The notes under the pieces are model-generated. The model ran no database searches, had not been told where the DNA came from, and saw nothing but the letters and a program-made list of their open reading frames with translations. Of a stretch of 64,000 nucleotides of DNA, positions 13,901 to 28,974 are shown in pieces. This DNA is from the human T2T-CHM13v2.0 reference genome, Homo sapiens. The first letter of the stretch is position 1. The number at the start of each line of letters is the position of its first letter. A program made the position numbers and the translations under genes. Location: the NCBI RefSeq assembly GCF_009914755.1, contig NC_060935.1, one strand, 5' to 3'.

Positions 13901-14894
13901 AGCTCCATGGCAGGCTGCTCAAATCAATTTATTGAGTTGCCCCGAATTTCTAGCTCTACTATTCTAAATAGTGCAAGATGTTTATTAATATCTTACACAA
14001 GGAATTTCCAAAGCTGCTTGTTCCCCAGAACACTAGTAATCTGGTCCCTGGTATCATTTTAGGCAATCCCAGTTTAGTTTGGTGATGTAATCATCTGTAT
14101 ATTTGTAGTTACAGTAATGGTTACAATAATGATCATAACTTCCAGCTATTAATACTTTGTTAATATTATTTCTAACCCCATCAAAATGCCATAAGGAAGT
14201 TTTATCTTCATTTCACAGTTGAGGAAAGAGGGGCTCAACAATGGCATGTAACTTGCCTAAAGACACCAGCGAGTAAGTGATAGGCTTGACTTTGAATTCC
14301 CAGATCTGTCTGACTCCAAAACTTACACTCTTTCCACTATACTGAACTCAAGCTCCCTTTCCATGAGTCTCTATTATGAATGCTACCTTGAGAAGGCATT
14401 TTATGATGAAGAGTCTTAATAAAAGATTATATACACTTCTTCAAATAATAAGAAAATAAGACACTAAAATTATGAAAGACCAATACAAGTAAAATTAAAC
14501 ACTTTCCTGTAGGTAGTTATGAAGAAGTAAACTGTTAAAATATACAAAAACAGGAATGAAAAACCTGAGAAAAACTAGAACCAAAATAAAATGTGTATCA
14601 GAAATGGAAGGGGTCCCATGTACACATTATTTTAATCACCAGTAATGTAATTTTCAAAATAACTTCATTAGTTATTTTAAGTGTGATAGGATCTGGTTTG
14701 TGTTTTTCTTATGTAGTAGTAGAAAAATTGAATTTTAACCTGAAAAGTAACCCAGCTGGGTGAATAAAATTGTTTTAAAAATATTGAAAAATACATCTTA
14801 TGTAGCTTTCATTTTAAGAAATTACATCTTATATAGCTTTCAAGAAATTGAACAATAAAAAATTATTATGATATAAATATATAATGATACTTAC

Positions 14895-15064
14895 AAGTAA
14901 TACTAACCAAGAAGGATCTTATCCCAAATTCACAGATTTGCTTCCATTTAGTATGAAATTTGGATGTGATCCCAGGGATAATGATCTCTGCTGGAACATA
15001 GAACTGAATTGAATATGTCACAAAAATGCCAAAGGAATATAGAATTTTCACTGATTGATATAAC
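14895..15064 (-). CDS. SLC36A4: PAT4 coding exon 10 ([24 protein letters not shown]...FLVSIT, 170 nt)
   Basis: Acceptor TTCAACAG, donor T|GTAAGT; lies within ORF 14866..15084. Confidence 0.96.
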
Positions 15065-16365
15065 CTGTTGAAAAAAATTTTCAAAATTTAGTCATTTTTA
15101 ATGTGAATTTAGTTTTCCTCCTTTATTTTTAATATTAAGATAAATAAGAAATCCAGAATACCAAATTAGGCCAGAACCTTACTAACTAAAAATGCTTGTT
15201 TGTAAAAAAGGCAAATTGATCTCTAACTAAATTTCTAGATGATACAAGAACAATTCATTTTGACAAGACTGGAAAGCTTGAACATGCATGCCAGGGTTTA
15301 GGGTATAGTGGTAAAAAGATTTCACTTTGGGATAAGCCAATATTCTGAAGGTTAGACTCAGCCCCTCAAAGAGCTAAAGTTTTCTCAACTTTCTTTTTAA
15401 AAACTGAGCCTACTATATGTCTTAAATCCTGAGTCATACCCTCGTTGATCTTTACATAGAAGAAAAACTCACATTAAACTTAAGTATAGTTCTTGGGTGA
15501 AAATCTTTGGAGGTATGTCATCAGTTGCAGAAATGTCATCCATCTTAAGTCTAAAAGCAGACATCTAAACGGTTTCAACTTGCAAAGTTCTCTAAATTAC
15601 ACATACAATCTATTGTTTAAAATTACATTAAATAAGAGACATACAGTTGCTGGGTAAGGTTGTTGTTATTCTTTTGGGCAAATTAACTTATCTCTTTGAT
15701 ATACAGTGCTTCAAAACAGCACAGCAATTTTCAGTTTTATAAATATCTTTAGATTTCTACATTATGGATAACCTCCTGTCAAAACTTCGCATGCATGTCT
15801 TGATAAAGACTTCAGTAACTTTCTTAAGCCCAGAAAAAGAAGACTTTTTAAACGTTAATGACATGAAGAGAAAACAGAATTGTAGGACCTAGAGGAAGAA
15901 ACATTACAGAATCCACTCTTTAGGGTTGCAGAATAATAAAATTAATATGCTGTATTTAAAAAAACATTTTAATATTTTATAAAATTCAAAAGAAAAACCC
16001 AACCATCTTGCATTTTTTAAGCAACAAAGCAGAGAAAACACTGTGGGTTCAGTGTGCTGCAACTTCGGGGCAGTGATTAACACATATGTCCTCTTTCAGC
16101 AGAAACATCTTCCCACGGTTTTCTCAATTAAGACTTCTACTTTCCCACCTAAAATTCCCATGCACAGGGAAGAGTGTTTTCTTTCTTACAAAAAAATGCA
16201 ATCATTTTAAAAGGATTATATTCTACTTTTGGTATATAATGTCAAGGTATATAAACCTTGACATTAATGAAGCTTTAAGTATAAATGTACTTAATATATA
16301 AGTATATAAATGTCGACATTAATGGAGCTTTATTTCTGATGTCTTAAGACTTAAAGTAGTAAGGA

Positions 16366-18723
<2,358 letters not shown>

Positions 18724-21624
18724 TTATAAACAGCCTGTAAACTATGGCCAAGCAAGAAGAGATTCAATAGTATTCTGCTATAACATATTTATCATACAAG
18801 AGTAAGAAGAAATTTAAGAGCTGAATAAAAACAGATTTGAAGATACACATCACAATTAGGAAGGAAAGAACTCCTTAGAGCTAACAACATTTAAAACTTA
18901 ATTTTAAAAATTAGCTAAGGATGTATTTCTCAGCTTGAGGCTTAAAGGTTACACATAAATGGTCAAGTTACCAAATATATACCACATAACTGAAAGACAC
19001 GTGTTTCCTATACTCTGATATGTAACTGTGGATAATTAAACAAATATTCTTGTTAGTTAATTAGTTTAACAGGACATTCCTTTTTCTAATTAATTATCTT
19101 TTCACTTATGTATTTTTAAAATGTGGTAATAATATATTTAACATTTTTTAAAATAAAAATACATCATTTTGCATGTAAGTACTATTACTTTTTTATTGAC
19201 AAAGTCACATCGGCTAAGAATCTGGTTATTATTAATATCGTTAATTATATGCAAATATTACTATTTGGTGTTACAAAGAGTAAAAATGGGAAATAAAATG
19301 GTGTGGATCTTTTAGAAGTTGGTATATCTACTAATCAACAAAAGAATAGTTATATAGAAACAAGAGGGCATCTTTAAAAAGTGCCACAGTTTAATATGAA
19401 CTGTTTCACTCCTACTCCTTTTCTGTTTCAAGAACCCACTTATTTCTATGTTTGGAATCTATATTTTCAATCACTTTAAACTATTTTTCTCTACAACTTT
19501 TGTATAGCTATTATCACAACCTTTTCTTCATTTTGGTTTTAAGCAGCATCTATTGTAAGGCTTCTTTTGTACTACGTTTTAGAAATGAAGAACATTGAAA
19601 GGAAAAATCTACCCAGTAAACCCTCTTTCTAAAGAATAATAAACTTTCTTAAAGTCACAGGAATTTGTTTTGAGGGTACAAAAAACATCAAACAACTTTA
19701 AACAACATTTAGTGTACATTAAAAGGTCTTTTAAAACTCCTCGCTGCCAAAGCTCCTGAGAGTTACAGACTAATTCTTCTCTGTATATCCCTTCAATGCA
19801 CTTAGTATTAATAGGTGATTGATACTTATTAAATATTAATTATCAAAATAGATATGGATAGGTAATTCTTAGAAACTACAACCATTCAACATGAAAAATA
19901 TTAATAGCACTTCAAAGAATAAAATGATTTATGCTTGGAAACAAAATCTATTATAATGATAGTAAAGAATTTAATACCTTAGTAAAGGACAGAAATGTAT
20001 TTTTAATAATTATTTTTCAGCCAATATATTGAATCAGATTATAGGGAGAAAACAACTTAATGTTCCAGTGAAAATATTAGTTTTGAAAACATAGAATATC
20101 AAAATTTATAATGCTTTTATTCTTTTCCCCACATTGGCTAATAAGTCAACCTTCAGGTATGAATAACTTAAAATTTTTTAAAAACCAACTTGGGAAATAA
20201 GTTGGTGACTGCTTCTCTGTCTCTCAAGGTTGAATACAGAAGCTACCGTTAGAAATAACCTGGTAAGGCACTTTCCCTCTTGGATCCTTCATGATGCTCA
20301 GGCTGAGAATCTTGAGGATTTAGCTCTGTCAAGAAGTCATCTTAATTGAGAACTATCTGCAATCCTTGCCAAGAGCCTCATCTCATTCTAGGCTAAAAAC
20401 TAAGACAACTATGGTTATGTAGCATTTATCACTAGATTGAATGCCTTGAACTAGTAAAACCTTTAAAATACATTCTTTACTTCAAAAGCTAAATGCAATA
20501 CATGTACAGTATTACTCATAACTAATTTTCAAAGATGACAGTTCAGAAAGATTAAGGGTAATAATAACTTGGAGCTTCTCTAATCCATACTTGCTTTATC
20601 CTATGGCCTCTTTCTAATTCAATCTTTTCTTGCAGAAATAACCCTAATATACTCTGAGACTTTGCCAATCTGTACCAAAAGCCCTTTACAGCTTTTCATA
20701 GCTAGTAGCCATTAGTTCTCTAGGATACTCTTGTAACAGTCATTGGCTTTCATACTCTGCCAATAGAGTACACTGCACAATCTCTAACTTTCGAGGCCTC
20801 TTGTGTGAAGCACAGGAAAGAAGTGAAAGAGAGACTCGTATATAGTATATTAAGAAAGAAATCTTAAATGTAATCCCATGATTATTCTAGTCCAAACTTC
20901 TCACTTTACAGAATGCCATGACTGTAAAAAGACAAGCAACTCTTCTCTTGTATTCCTCAGTTGTGACTATTATTTTAATTGTCCCACAACTGCAGAGTCC
21001 ACACAGAAACAGACTATAGGCTGCATAGGGCATATCTCCACAGTGCAAAGGCATTAACCAATGCAAATTCTCTAAAGGGAAATATGTGTCTTGACTGGCT
21101 TTCCTGTTTTTTCCAGATTTTTGTTGTTTCTTAGGATACTTGTACTAGGGTTTCCTCTAATGAAAGGTGGTGTCTAGCTAGACTTCCTTGAATAGAAACT
21201 ATGATCTAATGGTCCCTTTTAAATCAAGAGTCTCAACTAGTTCCATTCTAATTGGAAAGTCACAGCAATTAGGAATAAGGTCAGATGTAGAAAGGGGCTG
21301 TGGGAAAAGGGAAGGATTAATTGGAGCTACTGCAGGGACAGTGTCACCCTCCAAGATTGAGTTGTGAATACCAAAAGCATTCTGTCTTATTCTCGCCCAC
21401 TATTTCTACACCACATTCTTATGTGCCTGGTAATACAAACCTTTCGATGTGAATGTGTGCACACTCCCACTTTGGAAACTTCCCCCCTAAAATATTCCTT
21501 ACATGCTTTTGTAAATAAGACCGGGAAAGAATTTTGACATTATTTCCATGTACCTTTTACATTTGGCATTAAAAATAGTTGTCAATTTCTGAAATGATTA
21601 TTTTTAAGACCTAGTCAAAATATT

Positions 21625-21925
21625 ATTGTTATTATTAATATTATTGAGACAAAATGTCTCTCTGTTTCCCAGGCTGGAGTGCAGTGGTACCATCACAGCT
21701 CACTGTATAATCAACCTCCCAGGCTCAAGTGATCCTCCCACTCAGCCTCCCAAATAGCTGCAATTACAGACTTGTGCCACCATGCCTGGCTAATTTTTAA
21801 ATTCTGTGTAGATTTGGAGTTTCACTATGTTATGCAGGCTAGTCTCAAACTTCTGGCCTCAAGTGATCCTCCCACCTTTTCCTCCCAAAGCACTGGGATT
21901 CCAGACATAAGCCACCATACCCGGC
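21625..21925 (-). mobile_element. AluJ-like element
   Basis: Alu sequence; TSD TCAAAATATT at 21615-21624 and 21926-21935. Confidence 0.88.
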
Positions 21926-23083
21926 TCAAAATATTCTTCTAAATGAGGAAAAAATATCATTCTATTTTCCAAACATTGTACAGTATTTGAAAAGATGAAC
22001 TTACTACCATATTTTTAGCTTGATTCTCTTATACTAAGCTGTTTAAGCTTGAAACCAAAAAGCACATATGAAGGCAATAAAATTATATAATTAACTATAA
22101 AGAGTTAATAAAATAAATGCTAAATAACCATATATCTTATTTGTAATAATAACTCCACCTTGAAATATATTTGTAACATTTGAGACATGTTTCCATTTTG
22201 AAATACATTTATGTTAGCTGAAGTTAAATTGTAATTTAAAAATACAGACACACCACATGTATGCTCCTTGTGCAATGTGGAAACTATCCTAGGTCCATTT
22301 GCTCTGTCATAAATGGCTTCCTACAAACATTTGTCCTAGCAACATTTTTGACTCCAATAAATGCCCAGGATTCAAATGACTATTAAATGACAGACAAATT
22401 CTCACCAGGAGGCCAGTCAGAAGATATAATTTCTGCTGTTGTTGCTTTTTCACTAATATAGTAAGACATTTAAGATTACACAGATTTTTTTAATCCAAGT
22501 AGCTAAAGTAGTAGTGTGACAATAATTCAATCAGCGATTCCAAATTTATTCTTTGCGTATGTGAAAACTAAGGAGTTACCTTCCATCTTGTAAATAAGGA
22601 AGTAAGTCTGCATGGTAATCACTGCCACTATCTTTGAAAATTTTCCAAAGACAAACCTCTGGAAAAAGGAAAAATCATATACATATGATGCTTCATTTAG
22701 CAGGATATGGTCCCAATATGAAAGAGAACATTAAGATGATGCACCATTTTGTTTTATTATTTATAATGTGTCCCAACTGTGTTCTGAAAGGACTTGGAAA
22801 ATATACACTATGAAGCTGACCAAAATAGCAAGGACCATAAATGATGTAATCTATTATTTTATTAGGAAGCGTGAGTGTTTGGCTTTTTTGGCAATAAGGA
22901 CAAGTATTAATTTTTTTATTAAAACGTGTCCATATTAAAATAATCCCTGTTCTACTCTTATACTTGACTTGGATTTGGAAAAAACTCCAATTTTAAATAT
23001 TTTTTTAAAAATCCCACAAGAACCCTAAGTTCATATTTGGTCTCCTACGAAGATTATGAAAAAATTCCAGATTGCACAAATAA

Positions 23084-23374
<291 letters not shown>

Positions 23375-23492
23375 AAATCACAGTAAAAATTTTAAATGTT
23401 TAAACCATAAATCCAAGAACACGACTTTATCATCAAACAGTGGTACATTATAAAATATATAAACTAATATTGACAAATTCATATACACCTAC

Positions 23493-23662
23493 CATACATC
23501 TTGGGGAAGATTTAAAGTTATGCTGCCTTTGATTTCATCATGGAAACACATATATCCTAAAGTAGCTAATGTTACATACAAAGTTGTAACAATCCCCATG
23601 CCAATATTCAACGCTTGAGGGAAACGCTTTGATTCTTTCATTTGGTTTTCCAGTGGAAGGAC
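23493..23662 (-). CDS. SLC36A4: PAT4 coding exon 9 ([14 protein letters not shown]...[11 protein letters not shown], 170 nt)
   Basis: Acceptor TTTTCTTAG, donor TG|GTAGGT; LPLEN and SITLNLP motifs. Confidence 0.96.
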
Positions 23663-23894
23663 CTAAGAAAAGAATACAATACTTTTTTTTAAGGGAATAC
23701 AAGTATTTAAAAATAACAGTGTCTCTTATACATACAAATTGGTTGTTTATAGCCTATATGCAAATTTTTTTCCTTTAAAACACATATAATTGTTGAAGTA
23801 CACTTCCATTGCTATATATTTATACTACCTATTTTAAACTTCTTAAAAAGATTTAAACTCATCTCTTGGCAGGCAAACCTGTTAGTTTTTTTTT

Positions 23895-25060
23895 TAAATA
23901 ACCTTTTTATTTTGGGATAATTTTAGATTTACAGAAAAGTTACAAAGATAACACAGAGATCTCCCATATACCCCTCACCCAGTTTCTCCTACCATTAACT
24001 TTTTATATTACGATAGTACATTTGCGACAACTAAAAACCAATATTGGTACATCACTATTAACTAAACTGCAAATTTCATTTGGATTTCATTAGTTTTTCC
24101 ATTAATATCCTTTTTCTGTCCCAGAGCTCCATCCAGGATACCCACAGTGCATTTTGTCACCATGCCTCCTGTCTGATCGTTTCTCAATCCTTGCTTGTTG
24201 TTCATTATCTTGCCAGTTTTAAGGAGTACTGGTTTGGTATTTTACATAAAACCCCTCCATTTAGGTTTTTCTGAGGTTTTTCTCATGACTGGACTGGTAT
24301 TGTAGGTTTTAGAGAAGGATAACCTAGAGGTGAAGTGCCTGTCTCATCACACGTTATTAACATGGTTTATCACTGGTGAAGTTAATTTTCATCATTTGGT
24401 TAAGGTAGTGTTTGCCAGGTTTCTCTATTGTACAGTTACTTTTATTCCCTCTCATCATACTCTGTTTATTGAAAGCCAAGTCCCTAAATCCAGCCCCTTC
24501 TCTGGGGAGTAGGAGGGGGATTAGTTCTATTGCCTGGAGGGAGGAGGGTTTCTAGGATTCTCATGTATGTATGTATGTATGTATGTATGTATGTATGTAT
24601 GTATGTATATTAGCATGACCTTATGTATTTTTTTTTAAATATTGAATTACAATCCAAAATTCTGTTATTTGTTTTGTTACTCATATTATTCCACTTTTGC
24701 CCATTGTAAATTCCATCAGGTTGGCTTCTGTGGTCCTTTGACTTGCCTCCATTCTTTTGTTTCTTGAACATATTCTTACCTTCTGACACTACAAGATGCT
24801 TTAGCCTCATCTTGCATTTCCTTGCTTCAGCCCTAAAATCAGCCATTTCTCCAAAGAACTTTGATTCTCTTGTAGAATGGTAATTAGAAATGAAGATCTG
24901 GTATTTGGAAATCAAGATCTGGGTGTGTGCTTGTTGATACTGGGGTATCACTACTTGCAGCCTCTCTCAGGAGACAGAACTAGGAAGTATATGCATGTAT
25001 ACTAACCCATGTATACTCACATACGTGTAACTGGTTTTACATCTACCCACCTGTATCTAC
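23895..25060 (-). mobile_element. Ancient L1M (MC/MD-type) 3' fragment
   Basis: ataattttagatttacagaaaagttacaaagata 3'-end signature on the + strand. Confidence 0.65.
24563..24606. repeat. (ATGT)11 tetranucleotide microsatellite
   Basis: Directly visible, uninterrupted. Confidence 0.95.
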
Positions 25061-26711
25061 TGTCTGTCAAATTCAGTAAAACTAATAATTTTTATTTTAT
25101 TGAAAAAGAACCTTTAAAGAAAATAAGAAAAGGCTGACTGAAAAACCAAGTTTTTAAGGCAAATCTTCAGAGATTGTAACCATAAAATTAGGCCATACAG
25201 TCAAAGACCTAAGTAACAATAATAGCAAGTATTTACTGGAGTGTTTATGATATGCCAGGTATGATTCTAAAAGCTTTGCATGCAGCATTTTATGCAATCC
25301 TCACAATAACTCTATGAGATGATAAATCTAGTATTTTTTCCACTTTTCATATAAGTCAGTCAGTTCCATATGGAAACATGAACTGTTAATAGCAGCAAGA
25401 GGGCAGAGAACAGTTTGGATGCTATGGAGATAATCCAGAGCAGAAATACAGGCAGTGGCCAAGAATGGTGGCAGTGCAGCAAGGGAGAAAGAGAAAGAAA
25501 TGAACATTTCCTGAGGCCTTCTGTGTCACGCAGCATTATAGGTGTTTTATGTATAGTCTCCTTTATGGAATGAATTTGAGAAATATAAAAGAAAAGTCAA
25601 CATGCCTTAATTATTGATTGAAATAGAGAACCAAGGACAAAGTAAAAGGAATCACTCCAGTGTTTCAAGCTTAAGCAACTGAAGATAAAACAGAAAGAAA
25701 AAGGAAAATGAGAAAGTAAAGCTGGTTTTAGATGAGAAAATACATGTCAGACTTTGGAATTGTTGAATTTGAGATCCTAAGGAAATGTCAACAGTTAACT
25801 AGTGCTCATGAGTTAAAGACAAACATGAAAATCTGTAGTTACGTTTACAACAGCAATAATTGTAGCTGTGAAAATTTGTAAGAATTTGGGAGAATTATCT
25901 AAAGGAGAATTCACAGAGAGCAGAAACCCAAGTAAAATGTTATAAAATTTTATTTTAGATCTATTTTGTCTGGGGTTAATATAAATAGATGTTTACAAAT
26001 GGTTTTGCTCCCATACCAGATCATCAGACTATGAAACATAAACTATGGAGCAAAGCAGACAGCAAGATTCTATTTTCCCCAAGTCTACAAATGTTAGGCA
26101 TTAAATAAACTGGGAGCTACCTGAATGGCAATATTTAATATCTTAGAATCCTCAGAATCTTTGGAGTCTCTCTTGGTATTAGCTTTATAACACTGTTTCT
26201 CAAAACAAACATTATATTCATAAAACTATAGGGAGAATTTACATCCAACTTTTTATATAGCAGTGATTCTGCAACTATTCTGATTACCTTCAGATAATCT
26301 CATCTATAAAATATGCTTCAGATGTGCCTGAGTATGTGGGATATAGATTTTTTTTAAACTGGCCTTGAGTTAATAATTTTTGAAGCCAGGTGATGTTTAC
26401 ATAGTTCATTATACTACTCTCTAAATTTTGTATAGGTTTGAAATTTTCCATAATAAAATGTTAAAAATGATCTGGCTAATTTCTTCATTTTATAGATAAA
26501 TAAAAAGAGAAGTAGAGAGCCTAAGTGGTATGTCTAACATTAAGTTCTTTGTTAATGGAAGGACTAAACTATAATTCTAATCTATCACACCAAATTGGAA
26601 ATCATGTAAAGAAAATTGAAATAAAAAAGAAAAATATGCAATTTTAAATACAGGTAGGCTATATAAATCATTGTGCTGAATTAAGATTTTAAAAAATAAT
26701 AATAAAGACTA

Positions 26712-26819
<108 letters not shown>

Positions 26820-28069
26820 CTAAAGAAAGGAAGAAAAAAAGAAGACCAGTTACATCTTTACTTATTCTAAATAATTAAAAAATGTAAGAAAAATCATATA
26901 ATTTTGAGCTTCACAACAGCAAATGTGTTATAAAATTGAATAATTGTTTCAACAAACACTTAAAGCATCCTCTGTTAAATGTAGCCAAGCTGTTAGGATT
27001 TCACTGCCAAAAGCAATTGTTTCCCTCATGCCCATACATTCCATCTGAGCAAAATGCTCCTGATTACCTGCTTCCACCTGCAAGTCCCAGGCTGTGAACA
27101 CTAGGTATGGCTCCTGCCACAACAGGAAATACATAAGCACACTCAAGGCCTAAGCTGAGAGCCATATAGTCAAGTTATCAACCACTGCTGCTGGTGCCTA
27201 GCAGAAATTCATTCTCCACTCTATTTTTATTGCTCTTTCAGTTCTCTAAGATACCTGGTTCCTGACACTGGCTTTCTACCTTATAGCTCTGCTGCTGCCC
27301 AAAACAGGTTTCCTTCTTGCTTCAGTGCTTACTATTTGATTTGATGGTTGTCATTACCCTTATTATTTGAATATATATGTCCTGACTCTGGCTTTGATTG
27401 CTTGGTCCTGACTCACAGGCTTATTCCAAATCTCACCATCCGGACAAAGTACACATTGGCTCTAAATGGCCACTTCTTCCAGATACCCCAAGTCTGGTCC
27501 CTACTCTTCTCACCATCTTACATTCTCTGCTTTGCCTGATTGGAAGCAGAATTCAAGGCCAAGTAAAAAGAATGAACAAAGCAACTGAAGTGTGAAAGCT
27601 CTAGGATAATTTGGGGAATAGAGAGATCTAGAATATCTGAAGCATAGATAGAACTGTGTGATATACTGGTGATACATGTCTAAAACCATATACTGGGTTT
27701 AGAATGAAAGGGTATTACAATGTTTGGCTCATTCAATGCTAAACTATTATTTAAGGCAAGCAGGATGCTATTTCACTTCTCCCAACAGCAGCTCACGCTG
27801 TTCCTTCTATTTTGGAAACCTCCTTTTCTGCTTAACTGACTCTTACATGTTTAGCTAAGGGGTCATGAACTCCGGAAAGCCTATATGAACTTCCTGTCTG
27901 TTTCCTCCCACTCAGTGCTATAAGAGAAACTACAACTTTTGAAAATCAAAGAGGAGGGAAATGAAACACAGATCCATAATAAGAATTTTTAATAAATTGC
28001 TAATGAAGATTTTACAACAATTACCTTGGAAATAATATATAAGATTAATTAGATCAGGAGTGACTAGAA

Positions 28070-28255
28070 CAGGGATTCTCAACCTTTTTTGTGTCTTTGA
28101 CACCTTTGCAAGATGAAAGCTATACAACTGCTCAACAGCAAAACACATACATACATACAGAAATACTAAATCTTGCAAACTATTTTAAGGGATTTGAAGA
28201 ATCCCTGAATCCCATCAATAGATTATTTTATGGAAACTGGGTTAAGAATCCCCAG
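28070..28255. mobile_element. Small hAT/Charlie-like MITE
   Basis: Imperfect terminal inverted repeats cagggattctcaacc and ggttaagaatcccag. Confidence 0.5.
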
Positions 28256-28746
28256 ACTATGGACAATGAAATCAGTTGATGTTATTGCATATACTTCAGG
28301 TAAAGGGATTACAGACTAGTGTAGTGGCAGTGGACTGAAGCAGTGGCAGCAAATAAAAGTTCAGAAGTGAAAGGAAATTATGGAATTGCATATATATATA
28401 TTAATGAGTACCTGGTTTCATGTTTGGCACTGTACTAAGAACACAATCCTAAGTCTCATAACTCTAATAGGGTAGGCATTACTATCTTCTGAAGCACTGT
28501 CACAAAGCCCAGAGGCGTTATTTACCAAGATTCAAGATCTGACCACAAAGCCTGTTTAATCTCTATGTCATATACTTTTCTAACTCAGCAGCATCCCCCT
28601 AAAAGAAACCAACATTTACTGATTGCACACTGTGTGCCACATATGAAGTAGGGGTCTTTGCATATCATTACTTTTACCTCCACAGTAAACAAAATTTTAC
28701 TTACATAAGAAAGATAAGAACTTAGTTAAAAACTTTTTATACTTAC

Positions 28747-28974
28747 CCTGACAACATACTGGTAAATTATCACAAGACTGACAGCCATGGAAACGTTGGC
28801 AAGGAATGAAAGTACAAATAGATTCTTTAGTTCACGAATGAAGACCAAAAGAATTATAAATGGAAGAAAGCAAAGCATATATATCCTTAGGTCAACACTT
28901 CTTCTCTCACAAGGGTTTGATGAATTGGTACTATTTGAAATAAACACTTTACTCTCCAGGAATCCTTCATGAAC
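28747..28974 (-). CDS. SLC36A4: PAT4 coding exon 7 ([19 protein letters not shown]...IIYQYVVR, 228 nt)
   Basis: Acceptor ATGTAG, donor AGG|GTAAGT; contains N-glycosylation sequons NST and NSS. Confidence 0.96.
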
